NCBI GenBank assembly: GCA_045591425.1
Contig: JAZNSX010000041.1
Location: 14,804-78,803, forward strand
DNA from: Acutalibacteraceae bacterium
GTDB taxonomy: Bacteria > Bacillota > Clostridia > Oscillospirales > Acutalibacteraceae
Length of the DNA: 64,000 nucleotides
Direction: 5' to 3'
Shown here: one piece after another, positions 34,587 through 43,664 of the stretch
Position numbering within the stretch: position 1 is the stretch's first letter
Layout of the letters: each line of letters begins with the position of its first letter
Translations under genes and position numbers: made by a program
Notes under the pieces: model-generated
Database searches by the model: none
Told to the model about the DNA's origin: nothing
Seen by the model: only the letters and a program-made list of their open reading frames with translations

Positions 34587-36191
34587 ATGGCAAAGAAATT
34601 TACCGCAATTCTTCTTTCCCTCGCATTCCTTATGTCGGCATTCGCAATTCCCGCCAGTGCCGCAACTGAGGTCACATCCGAATTTGAACGCGGTTTCTAC
34701 CGTTTTGTTGACAGCGTTCTTGACACACTCGTTAACGGCATAGCCGCACTTATTGTTGAGCCCAGAGGCTGGGACACAAGAGACAGCTATGAGTCAAAGA
34801 ATTTCTATGAGGGTAATTCTCCCGAAGAATTCCTTGATGCTCCTGCAGAGGGTGCGGCTTGGTCTCTCGGTTATTCAAATGCTTCAATTCTCACAGGCAA
34901 AGAGCTTGAAGAAGAGCATTATGTAGGCGGCAGCCTTTCCGTAACTAAGAAGCTTGCAACATATCAGTATGACGATCAGAAAATCCGCACCGTTGCTGTT
35001 TCCGACGGCAGAGGCATCAGCATTTTTGCTTCTATCGATACTTTCGGTCTTGCAAACAACGAAGTCAGAGTTATCAGAGAAAAATTCCAGGCAGTTGCGG
35101 ATGCAAATAACTGGGATATCACTTCAATCAACATTTCCGCTCTTCATCAGCACAGCTGTGTTGATACCTTCGGTCTCAACGGCGATATTCTCAATGCGCT
35201 TTTCACATCTTCGTTCAGAAATCTTTTCGGTCTTGAGCTTCCCAGCGGTAAAAACGAAAACTTTATGGAAAACCTTTATAAAGTAGCTGTTCAGTCGATG
35301 ACCGATGCTGTTAAAGATATGAAGGAAGGCAACCTTTATTACGGTAACGTTGATATTTCTGAGTATATCAGAGACAAGCGCGCGCCCAAAGTGTTTGACG
35401 GCAATCTTAACAGAATCCGCTTTGTTCCCAATGCTTCTGATGCAAAAGAAACATGGATTGTAAACCTTCCCATACATTGCGTAGGCAACGGTGCTGCCGG
35501 CACAGAGCTTACGGGCGACTATCCTTATTACATGGAGAAATACATCAACGAAAAGGCCGGTGCAAACTTTGCTATGATTCTCGGCGCAGAGCTTGCTATT
35601 ACTTCTGAATATCCCGAAGATCTTGTTGTTGACCCTGCAATTGTTGCACAGCATAATGACGAGGGTTATGCACGCCTTGCAGCTTACGGTGCTCTTCTGG
35701 GTGAGGCAGCATGCAGTATTTCAAACGATGAAATCATCGTTCCCATTCTCAATATCAGATTTGATGAGGTTTTCGTTCCTGTTAAAAACAGCATTTTCCG
35801 ACTTGCTGCAAGGGGCGGCCTTCTTACAAACAAGGTTGTTAAGAGCGGTTTTGATTACGAAGCAGTGAGCGAAATCGGATATGCTGAATTCGGCACAAAT
35901 CTTGCTATTGCAATCATTCCCGGCGAGCTTGCTCCCGAAATTGCTTTCGGCGGCGCAATAACCGCTGAGGATTCTTGGGACGGTGAAAAATGGGATTATA
36001 CTGCTTTTGCAGATGCAACTGACAGAAAGCTTCTTGTTTTCGGTATTACAAATGATCAGCTCGGATATATGATGACAGATAACGACTGGCGTTCGTATCT
36101 TACGGAAAATGAAGAAATTGTTTCAACAGGCCCCGATGCAGGTGCATATGTTGCCGAAGCATATATTGACCTTTTCGACGAAGTTAACTGA
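34587..36191 (+). CDS. secreted protein with a neutral-ceramidase-like metallohydrolase domain
   Basis: Signal peptide ending ASA; INISALHQHS (cf. ISATHTHS), IHCVG, LTGDYP, IPGEL. Confidence 0.55.
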   Translation: MAKKFTAILLSLAFLMSAFAIPASAATEVTSEFERGFYRFVDSVLDTLVNGIAALIVEPRGWDTRDSYESKNFYEGNSPEEFLDAPAEGAAWSLGYSNASILTGKELEEEHYVGGSLSVTKKLATYQYDDQKIRTVAVSDGRGISIFASIDTFGLANNEVRVIREKFQAVADANNWDITSINISALHQHSCVDTFGLNGDILNALFTSSFRNLFGLELPSGKNENFMENLYKVAVQSMTDAVKDMKEGNLYYGNVDISEYIRDKRAPKVFDGNLNRIRFVPNASDAKETWIVNLPIHCVGNGAAGTELTGDYPYYMEKYINEKAGANFAMILGAELAITSEYPEDLVVDPAIVAQHNDEGYARLAAYGALLGEAACSISNDEIIVPILNIRFDEVFVPVKNSIFRLAARGGLLTNKVVKSGFDYEAVSEIGYAEFGTNLAIAIIPGELAPEIAFGGAITAEDSWDGEKWDYTAFADATDRKLLVFGITNDQLGYMMTDNDWRSYLTENEEIVSTGPDAGAYVAEAYIDLFDEVN

Positions 36192-36225
36192 TTTTTAATA
36201 ATTTATCAAGCAGGGCGGTGGTTCT

Positions 36226-37434
36226 TTGAGCAAAAAAAGCACAATTAAATATGCGCTTAAAGAAACCGATTTTATTCTTTATATCGCTTGTATTCTGACA
36301 ACTGCATTCGGTGCTTTGATGGTTCACAGCGCCACAAGAAACGATGCGATTGCAGACGGCGATTTAATCAGCCGCGATTGTCTTATCATGATTATCGCTG
36401 CAAGTGCGGGCGTTATTGCATGTTTTATTATTTCTTTTCTTGATTATGATGCTATCGTCAGACTTTGGCCGCTTGTTGCCGGTGTTTGTTTGCTGCTGCT
36501 GCTGTTGCTTTTTCCGTTTGGCGACGGTCCTTCCGACAGACCCGGCGCAAGATGTTGGCTTCCGATTATACAAACAGACAGCTTTGTTGTTAATTTTCAG
36601 CCGTCGGAGCTTGCTAAAATTGGTTTTTTGATAACGTTTACAGCGCACATTGAAGCGGTAAAAGACAATATCAACAGCATCAGGAATATTTTGCTTCTTG
36701 CTATGCACGCAATAGTTCCTATCGGAATAATCATCATAACCGATGACCTCGGCTCTGCAATGGTTTTTGCATTTATTTTCATCGGAATGATGTTTGTTGC
36801 AGGTGTTCAGGCAAGGTATTTCGTTGTTGCGGTCGGCGGCATAATTGCTTTTGTTCCGTTGCTTTGGACAAAGTTCCTCGCAAGCTTCCATAAATACAGA
36901 ATACTTGCAATTTATTTTCCTTCGGCACTCAGCGAAGATGTATATGAAACAATTATATATCAGCAGCAGAGGGGAGTTAATGCCATAGGTTCAGGCGGCT
37001 TTTTCGGAGACGGCCTTTTTAAGGGTACTTACACACAGTCCGCAACGGGAGTTCCCGTTAATGAAAGCGACATGGTATTTACTGTTGTCGGCGAAGAGCT
37101 CGGTTTCATCGGAGCAATGGCTTTTCTTGCCGTTATGGTGCTGATAATTGTCAGAATTGTGGCGGTCGGCAAAAAATCAAGAAATCTTGCGGGAAGTCTG
37201 CTTTGCTTTGGAACGGCGTTTATGATTGGTGCACAGACAATTATTAATATCGGTATGTGCCTTAAGCTTCTGCCTTGCGTCGGTATTACCTTGCCTTTTA
37301 TGAGTGCGGGCGGTTCATCAAATCTGTGTGTTTATTTTGCAATCGGTATTGTTATGAGTGTTTACCGCTTTAATTGCAGCCGAGACCCTGTCAATTTCAG
37401 GCTTGTTAATATCAGCACACCTTTTTCGGAATAA
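36226..37434 (+). CDS. FtsW/RodA/SpoVE family SEDS peptidoglycan glycosyltransferase
   Basis: FQPSELAK, DLGSA, YQQ....AIGSGG, SDMVFTVVGEELGF, GITLPFMSAGGSS. Confidence 0.92.
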   Translation: MSKKSTIKYALKETDFILYIACILTTAFGALMVHSATRNDAIADGDLISRDCLIMIIAASAGVIACFIISFLDYDAIVRLWPLVAGVCLLLLLLLFPFGDGPSDRPGARCWLPIIQTDSFVVNFQPSELAKIGFLITFTAHIEAVKDNINSIRNILLLAMHAIVPIGIIIITDDLGSAMVFAFIFIGMMFVAGVQARYFVVAVGGIIAFVPLLWTKFLASFHKYRILAIYFPSALSEDVYETIIYQQQRGVNAIGSGGFFGDGLFKGTYTQSATGVPVNESDMVFTVVGEELGFIGAMAFLAVMVLIIVRIVAVGKKSRNLAGSLLCFGTAFMIGAQTIINIGMCLKLLPCVGITLPFMSAGGSSNLCVYFAIGIVMSVYRFNCSRDPVNFRLVNISTPFSE

Positions 37435-37440
37435 AACATC

Positions 37441-37474
37441 AAAGCGATCGGAGTGTTTGCTTCGGTCGCTTTTT
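37441..37474 (+). terminator. intrinsic terminator
   Basis: AAAGCGATCGGAG-TGTTTG-CTTCGGTCGCTTTTT. Confidence 0.75.
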
Positions 37475-37531
37475 GTTTGGAAAATATTGATTCGTTATAT
37501 CAACATCTTGGCATATTATCGCTGTTTGCCC

Positions 37532-37560
37532 TTGACAAATCACCAAATATAGTATACAAT
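37532..37560 (+). promoter_or_regulatory. sigma-A promoter
   Basis: TTGACA-17 nt-TACAAT. Confidence 0.65.
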
Positions 37561-37642
37561 CAATTATAATTATGTTTAATGGGTTAAAATGCGTTGTTTT
37601 TATAACAATAATATTAAATTACTGATTGGAGTGGATTTAAAA

Positions 37643-39775
37643 GTGAGTGAGAATATTATTCTGTTTGTTGAAGCTGCTCGCAGCGGCGACACGGATGCAA
37701 TGGCAAAGCTCTACTCAAAAACTCTGAAAGCTGCTTATTTTCTTGCAGATACTCTGTCGGCAGGCGACGGCTCTGCAATGGATATAACAAAAAAGGCTTA
37801 TGCAAAGGCTTTCTGTTCTGTCGATAAGCTTAAAAGACCCGAAGCTTTTGAAATCTGGATGAAGCAGAATGTTGCCGCAGTTTTTAAAGAAGGCAAAAAA
37901 TTTGTTTTTGCCGATGCTGATGCCGGCGCTTCCGAAAGCTCATCTGAATTTCTTTCTGAAGAGATTTTTGAAGATGAGGAAAAAAGCGCTGCAGTTATCA
38001 AGGCTGTTGCCGGTCTTAAAACCGAGCTCAGAACGGCTGTTGTTCTTCATTATTATAATGGTATGCCTGTTGCCGCCCTGGCAAAATTCCTGGGTGTTTC
38101 CGAGAGCACGGCAAATGCGCTTCTCGGCAAGGCAAGAGCGGAAATAGTTTCTGCTGCAGATGTTGAAGTTTCGGGAGAATCAAACGGTTCGCTTCCTGTT
38201 CTAACAAAGATTCTTCAGCGTGCCGCTTCTGCTGCAACTATCGACAATGCAAATGTCAGAGACATATTTATTTATGCCATAGATGCATATGAGGCATCAA
38301 AACCTGTTGTTCCCGTTCAAGATGAAGCTCCGGCAAAGGAAGAAGAGGAGCAGGCAGAAGAAGCTGTTGCCGAGCCCGCTCCCGAAGAAAAGCCTGAGCC
38401 TGAAACTCCTGCGGCTTCTCCGGCAGACAACGTTATTTCTTTTAAGCAGAAAATCAACGAAATTCTTGATAAAGAAAATGTTCCTTCGTCAGAAGAACAG
38501 TCCGAAGCTCAGGCGGATGAAGCTGAGGAAAGCGAAAATCTCGATATCCCTGCTTTTGTTTCAACTGAGCCTTCCGAAGAAGCTGAGCGCGCAGTCGAAC
38601 AGTTTTCCGAATATGAAAAAAGAGAAAAGCCTGTTAACAGCGGCAGTAAGAAAAAGATTAATCTCAACAAAAAGACCATCGGCATTGTTTGTGCTTGTTT
38701 GATTGCACTTGTTGTCATCTGTGTCGGAATTTCAAAAATTGCAGGCGGAAACAAGCCAGATGTTCCTTCGGAAAATGACGGTTCGTCTGGTGCTGTTAAC
38801 GCAATTTCCGCAGGATATGAATGGAAAGCAGGCGGGTTTGCCGAGTGTGGTGAAATTGAATATCTTGACGAAAACTGTGCTAAATTCAAATCGGCATCAA
38901 CCGGTAAATACGGTTTGCTTGACTATCAGGGCAATATTATTCTTCAGCCTTATTACGATGGTTTTATCCGTTGCAGTTACGGCAGAGATTATTCAAACAG
39001 AGGCAGTTATCACAGCCTTGTTCAGATTGGCAGCGAGTTCTATGAATTCACCGTTAATAATGGTGAAGCATCAATTTCCGAAACTCCTCATGTGGCTCAT
39101 ATTCCTGAAGAAGACGAAATGGGAGACACGGCATATGACGAGCGTGACCGCTATTTTGAAGGCTATGCAGCAGCAAGAAAAGACGGTCTTTGGGGCTATG
39201 TAAGCCAGGAAAAAGACAAAAAGGTTATCCCTTACGAATACGAAGCCGTTAACGACCTTCAGGCAAGTGCGGCCGCGGCAAGCGACTATTGCCGCCCCGT
39301 AACCGGCGGCTTGATTGCCGTTAAAAAAGACGGAATGATGGGTATTATTGACCTTGAAAACGAAATCGTTGTTCCGTTTGAATACACAAGCATTATGCCC
39401 GGCAGCGGCGGTGTGTTCATTGCATGCAAGGGCGGAACCTGGGGTGTTATTCTTGTCGGCGATGCTGTTGCATCCTTCAAGGGCATCAGCATTTCCGTTG
39501 ATCCCGATGCTACCGTTCATTCAAATGGAGAAACAACAACGAGCAGTTCTGCAAACAACCTCGGCAGTTACACCGTTATTTCCGAAACCGGCGCAAATGT
39601 CAGAGACGATGCGGGTGCTGAGTTCAATAAAATCGGCGAGCTTGATTACGGAGACACGGTTGTTGCTTATGACACCAAAACCGCAAAGGATACCGGCAAA
39701 AAGTGGATTAAGATTAAATATAACGGTCAATACGGCTGGGTTGCAATGAGCAATGTTGAAGAAGAGGGCGCATAA
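37643..39775 (+). CDS. membrane-anchored ECF-sigma-like protein with extracellular WG repeats and a C-terminal SH3b domain
   Basis: Region-2-like GDTDAMAKLY...KAF....L..PEAF..W; region-4-like L....R.AVVLHYYNGM.....A..LGVSEST.....ARA; acidic linker; KKK + TM; WG repeats; SH3b ANVR...KIGEL..GD.V...W.KI.YNG..GWV. Confidence 0.7.
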   Translation: MSENIILFVEAARSGDTDAMAKLYSKTLKAAYFLADTLSAGDGSAMDITKKAYAKAFCSVDKLKRPEAFEIWMKQNVAAVFKEGKKFVFADADAGASESSSEFLSEEIFEDEEKSAAVIKAVAGLKTELRTAVVLHYYNGMPVAALAKFLGVSESTANALLGKARAEIVSAADVEVSGESNGSLPVLTKILQRAASAATIDNANVRDIFIYAIDAYEASKPVVPVQDEAPAKEEEEQAEEAVAEPAPEEKPEPETPAASPADNVISFKQKINEILDKENVPSSEEQSEAQADEAEESENLDIPAFVSTEPSEEAERAVEQFSEYEKREKPVNSGSKKKINLNKKTIGIVCACLIALVVICVGISKIAGGNKPDVPSENDGSSGAVNAISAGYEWKAGGFAECGEIEYLDENCAKFKSASTGKYGLLDYQGNIILQPYYDGFIRCSYGRDYSNRGSYHSLVQIGSEFYEFTVNNGEASISETPHVAHIPEEDEMGDTAYDERDRYFEGYAAARKDGLWGYVSQEKDKKVIPYEYEAVNDLQASAAAASDYCRPVTGGLIAVKKDGMMGIIDLENEIVVPFEYTSIMPGSGGVFIACKGGTWGVILVGDAVASFKGISISVDPDATVHSNGETTTSSSANNLGSYTVISETGANVRDDAGAEFNKIGELDYGDTVVAYDTKTAKDTGKKWIKIKYNGQYGWVAMSNVEEEGA

Positions 39776-39781
39776 TCCTTC

Positions 39782-39809
39782 TTGACATCATGAGCAAAGA
39801 TGATATAAT
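39782..39809 (+). promoter_or_regulatory. sigma-A promoter of the alaS leader
   Basis: TTGACA-16 nt-TATAAT with an extended TGn. Confidence 0.75.
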
Positions 39810-39834
39810 ATCTTTGCATTAAACTAATATAATA

Positions 39835-40056
39835 AGCTTTGAAGGGGAAGAATTATTCGTTTGCTTTCAGAGAGGCGGTCTGGTTGCTGAAATGACCGTC
39901 AGGCATGAAACGTTTAAAGGCCGCCCCCGAGCTCTGCCGCGATGAGCGGCGGCGTTGCCTGCGTTAAAGGATTGAGTGGTGCAGTTTTGCGCAATTTGGG
40001 TGGTACCGCGGCTTTGGCCGTCCCATTACCGAATTGGAAAACTGCACCTTTTTTTA
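39835..40056 (+). ncRNA. T-box riboswitch (Ala) upstream of alaS
   Basis: AGAGA and GCTGAA stem-I motifs, probable GCC specifier, GCGTTA F-box, T-box AATTTGGGTGGTACCGCG (39993-40010), terminator with a T-run. Confidence 0.9.
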
Positions 40057-40111
40057 TTCAAAAATTGAAAAAAACAGGGCTGATTTGCCCTTCAGGAGGA
40101 AGTTTTTTATT

Positions 40112-42739
40112 ATGAAATGGACAGGTCTTAACGAGTTAAGAGAAAAATATCTCTCGTTTTTTGAATCCAAGGATCATCTGAGATTGCCCAGCTTCTCGCT
40201 TGTTCCTCAGGGAGATAAGAGCATTCTGCTTATCAACGCAGGTATGACTCCCATGAAAAAATATTTTACAGGTGAAGTAACTCCACCGAGAAACAGAGTT
40301 ACAACCTGCCAGAAGTGTATCCGCACACCCGACATTGAAAATGTAGGTAAAACCGCACGCCATGGCACATATTTTGAAATGCTCGGCAACTTCTCGTTTG
40401 GTGATTATTTTAAACATGAAGCAACCGCTTGGGCTTGGGAATTCTTTACAAAAGTTCTTGAAATTCCCGAGGAGCTTCTTTACGTCAGCGTTTATCTTGA
40501 AGACGATGAAGCCTATGATATCTGGACAAAAGAGGTGGGCGTTGATCCTTCCCATATGGTACGCTTTGGTAAGGAAGATAACTTCTGGGAGCACGGTGCA
40601 GGTCCTTGCGGTCCCTGCTCTGAAATTTATTTTGACAGAGGTCCTTCAAAGGGCTGCGGCAGTCCTGACTGTAAGGTAGGCTGTGAATGTGACAGATTCA
40701 TCGAAGTGTGGAATCTTGTTTTCACTCAGTTTGAAAATGACGGCAAAAACAACTATACCCGTCTTGCAAACCCCAATATCGATACAGGTATGGGTCTTGA
40801 AAGACTTGCCTGCGTTATGCAGGATGTTGACAATCTTTTTGAGGTTGATACTGTTCGCAATATTATGAAACACATTATGGAAATTGCAAAGCTCAATTAC
40901 CATGATGATGAAAAGAAGGATATTTCATTGCGCGTTATTACTGACCATATCAGAAGCACAACATTTATGGTTGGCGATGGTGTTCTTCCCTCAAACAGCG
41001 GCAGAGGATATGTTCTTAGAAGACTTCTTCGCCGCGCGGCAAGACACGGCAGACTTATTGGTATTGACAGACCCTTCCTTGCAGAGGTATGCGATACCGT
41101 TATTGCCGAAAATGCGAACGCATATCCAAACCTTGTTGAAAAGCAGGATTATATTAAGAAGGTTATTTCAACTGAAGAAGAGAGCTTCTATAAGACAATC
41201 GATTCCGGTCTTGGTCTTCTTAATGAAATGATGGAAAAATCCGAAAACGGTATTCTTTCAGGTGAAGATGCATTTAAGCTTCAGGATACTTACGGTTTCC
41301 CCATTGACCTTACAAAGGAAATCGCAAACGAAAAGAATATGACTGTTGACGAAGAAAAATTCCGTCAGCTTGTTGAAGAGGCAAGACTCAGAGCAAAGAG
41401 CGCGAAGAGAAATGCTGCGGATTCTGACTGGAGAAACAACGGCGTTTCATTCAAAGATGTGGCAAAAACTGAATTCACGGGTTATGCCGAAAACGGTACG
41501 GAAGGCACTGTGCTTGCGCTCGTTTCCGACGGCGAAAGAAAAGATTTCATCAATGACGGTGACAGTGCAATTGTTGTTCTTGACAAAACATCTTTCTATG
41601 CAGAAAGCGGCGGTCAGATCGGCGATGTCGGTGTAATCAGAATCGGCGAAAGCATTTTTGAGGTTACAAACACAACCAAGGACCCCGACGGAGCATACCT
41701 TCATCACGGTATACTTTCAGGTGACGGCATAAAAATCGGCGATAAGGTCGTTACCGTTTATAATGAAGAAAAAAGAAAAGCCACAATGAGAAACCACACC
41801 GCTGCCCATCTTCTTCAGGCTGCATTGCGTGAAACTCTCGGTTCACACGTTGAGCAGGCAGGCCAGCTTGTCAATGATACCGCAATGAGATTTGACTTCA
41901 CTCATTTCTCTGCACTTACCGCTGATGAACTTGCAAAGGTTGAAAGCAAGGTCAATGAAATCATTCTTTCCGCACTCCCCGTAACAAGCACTGAAATGCC
42001 TATCGAAGAGGCTAAAAAAGCAGGCGCAATGGCTCTCTTCGGCGAAAAATACGGCGATGTTGTCCGCGTTGTAAAAGCAGGGGATTTTTCAACAGAGCTT
42101 TGCGGCGGTACTCATGTTGACAATACCGGCAAACTCGGTCTTTTCAAGACTATTTCCGAGTCATCCGTTGCCGCAGGTGTGCGCAGAATAGAGGCTGTAA
42201 CCGGCTACGGTGTGCTTGAATATATCGCCAAGAACACCGCTCTTATCAACAGCGCAGCCGCAAACATGAAGCTTGCCAATGTTTCCGAGCTTGACAAAAA
42301 GGCAGGTTCTCTTGTTGCTGACCTCAAGGCTAAGGATAAAGAGATTGAGCAACTTCGCGGCGAGCTTTCACAGCTTAAGACAGGCGACCTTATGAGCAAT
42401 TCCGTTGATGTTAAAGGTGTTACTCTTATTGCTACAACTGTTGAAGGTGTTAACCCCGGTGACCTTCGATCAATGTGCGATAAGGTTAAAGAAAATGATA
42501 ATGCCGTTGCAGTTATCTGCGGTGTAAACGGTGCAAGTGCAAACTTCGCCTGTGCTTGCGGCAAGGATGCCGTTGCAAAGGGCGCTCATGCAGGCAACAT
42601 TGTAAGAGAAGTTTCGAAGCTTGCAGGCGGTTCAGGCGGCGGCAGACCCGACAGCGCAATGGCGGGCACAAAGGATGTTTCAAACATCAAAGCAGCTATG
42701 GATGCTGTTGTTTCAATCGTTGAAAATATGATTAAATAA
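40112..42739 (+). CDS. alaS: alanyl-tRNA synthetase
   Basis: NAGM, QKCIR, HGTYFEMLGNFSFGDYFK, DTGMGLER, NHTAAHLL, ELCGGTHV, GGSGGGRPD. Confidence 0.98.
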   Translation: MKWTGLNELREKYLSFFESKDHLRLPSFSLVPQGDKSILLINAGMTPMKKYFTGEVTPPRNRVTTCQKCIRTPDIENVGKTARHGTYFEMLGNFSFGDYFKHEATAWAWEFFTKVLEIPEELLYVSVYLEDDEAYDIWTKEVGVDPSHMVRFGKEDNFWEHGAGPCGPCSEIYFDRGPSKGCGSPDCKVGCECDRFIEVWNLVFTQFENDGKNNYTRLANPNIDTGMGLERLACVMQDVDNLFEVDTVRNIMKHIMEIAKLNYHDDEKKDISLRVITDHIRSTTFMVGDGVLPSNSGRGYVLRRLLRRAARHGRLIGIDRPFLAEVCDTVIAENANAYPNLVEKQDYIKKVISTEEESFYKTIDSGLGLLNEMMEKSENGILSGEDAFKLQDTYGFPIDLTKEIANEKNMTVDEEKFRQLVEEARLRAKSAKRNAADSDWRNNGVSFKDVAKTEFTGYAENGTEGTVLALVSDGERKDFINDGDSAIVVLDKTSFYAESGGQIGDVGVIRIGESIFEVTNTTKDPDGAYLHHGILSGDGIKIGDKVVTVYNEEKRKATMRNHTAAHLLQAALRETLGSHVEQAGQLVNDTAMRFDFTHFSALTADELAKVESKVNEIILSALPVTSTEMPIEEAKKAGAMALFGEKYGDVVRVVKAGDFSTELCGGTHVDNTGKLGLFKTISESSVAAGVRRIEAVTGYGVLEYIAKNTALINSAAANMKLANVSELDKKAGSLVADLKAKDKEIEQLRGELSQLKTGDLMSNSVDVKGVTLIATTVEGVNPGDLRSMCDKVKENDNAVAVICGVNGASANFACACGKDAVAKGAHAGNIVREVSKLAGGSGGGRPDSAMAGTKDVSNIKAAMDAVVSIVENMIK

Positions 42740-42755
42740 AGAAGGAAGTGTAATT

Positions 42756-43091
42756 ATGGACTGCATTTTCTGCAAAATTATAAAGGGCGAGATTCCCACA
42801 ACAAAGGTTTATGAGGACGATACCGTTATTGCTTTCAACGATATCGAGCCTCAGGCTCCCATTCATATTCTTATCATTCCCAAAGAGCATATTAAGTCTG
42901 CTGCCGAAATCGATGAATCCAACAGCGGACTTATCGCTCATGTTTTTGAGGTTGCCGCTAAAATTGCAAAAGAAAAGAATCTTGACGGTTTCCGGATTGT
43001 CAACAATTGCGGTGACAGCGCAGGTCAGACCGTTAAACACATTCATTTCCATCTTATGAGCGGACGTGAATTCACATGGCCTGCGGGTTGA
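42756..43091 (+). CDS. histidine triad nucleotide-binding protein
   Basis: DCIFCKII, PQAPIHILIIPK, GQTVKHIHFH. Confidence 0.93.
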   Translation: MDCIFCKIIKGEIPTTKVYEDDTVIAFNDIEPQAPIHILIIPKEHIKSAAEIDESNSGLIAHVFEVAAKIAKEKNLDGFRIVNNCGDSAGQTVKHIHFHLMSGREFTWPAG

Positions 43092-43103
43092 CGGAGGTAT
43101 AAT

Positions 43104-43643
43104 ATGTCTGAATATTACAGAGTTGATATTGCGGGTCTTGAAAGAGACCTGCTCAGATGCCCTATCAGCGATAAGCTTGATATTGCCGCATTTATTCTTT
43201 TCGGCGATGTTGAGGTTACCGTTCATTCTGCGCAAAAGCTTCTTGAAAAGCTTCCCGAATTCGATTTTATCGTAACTCCCGAGGCCAAGAGCATCCCTCT
43301 TGCTTATGAAATGTCAAGGCAGAGCGGCAAAAAGTATTTTGTTGTTCGCAAGAAAGCGAAGCTTTATATGAAAGACCCAGTTTCCGTAAGCGTGCGTTCA
43401 ATAACAACCGATGCGGAGCAGACACTCATTCTTGACGGCGTTGAGGGCGAGCAGATAAGAGGCAAGCGTGTTGTGATTCTTGATGATGTTATCAGCACGG
43501 GCGAATCGCTTAAAGCGGTCGAAACTCTTTGCGCCAAGTTTGATGCAGATGTTGTTGCAAGGGCGGCTGTTCTTGCTGAGGGCGATGCCGCGGAAAGAGA
43601 AGACATTGTTTTTCTCGGTGTAATTCCCTTGATTGAAAAGTAA
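43104..43643 (+). CDS. phosphoribosyltransferase (adenine PRT-like)
   Basis: EAKSIPLA, PRPP motif VVILDDVISTGES. Confidence 0.85.
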   Translation: MSEYYRVDIAGLERDLLRCPISDKLDIAAFILFGDVEVTVHSAQKLLEKLPEFDFIVTPEAKSIPLAYEMSRQSGKKYFVVRKKAKLYMKDPVSVSVRSITTDAEQTLILDGVEGEQIRGKRVVILDDVISTGESLKAVETLCAKFDADVVARAAVLAEGDAAEREDIVFLGVIPLIEK

Positions 43644-43664
43644 TTTTAAAGTTATTTTAATTAT

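Noticed and set aside
36492-36509. (CTG)n run in rodA/ftsW as a phase-variable repeat
   Set aside because: A short in-frame triplet run encoding poly-Leu in a TM helix.
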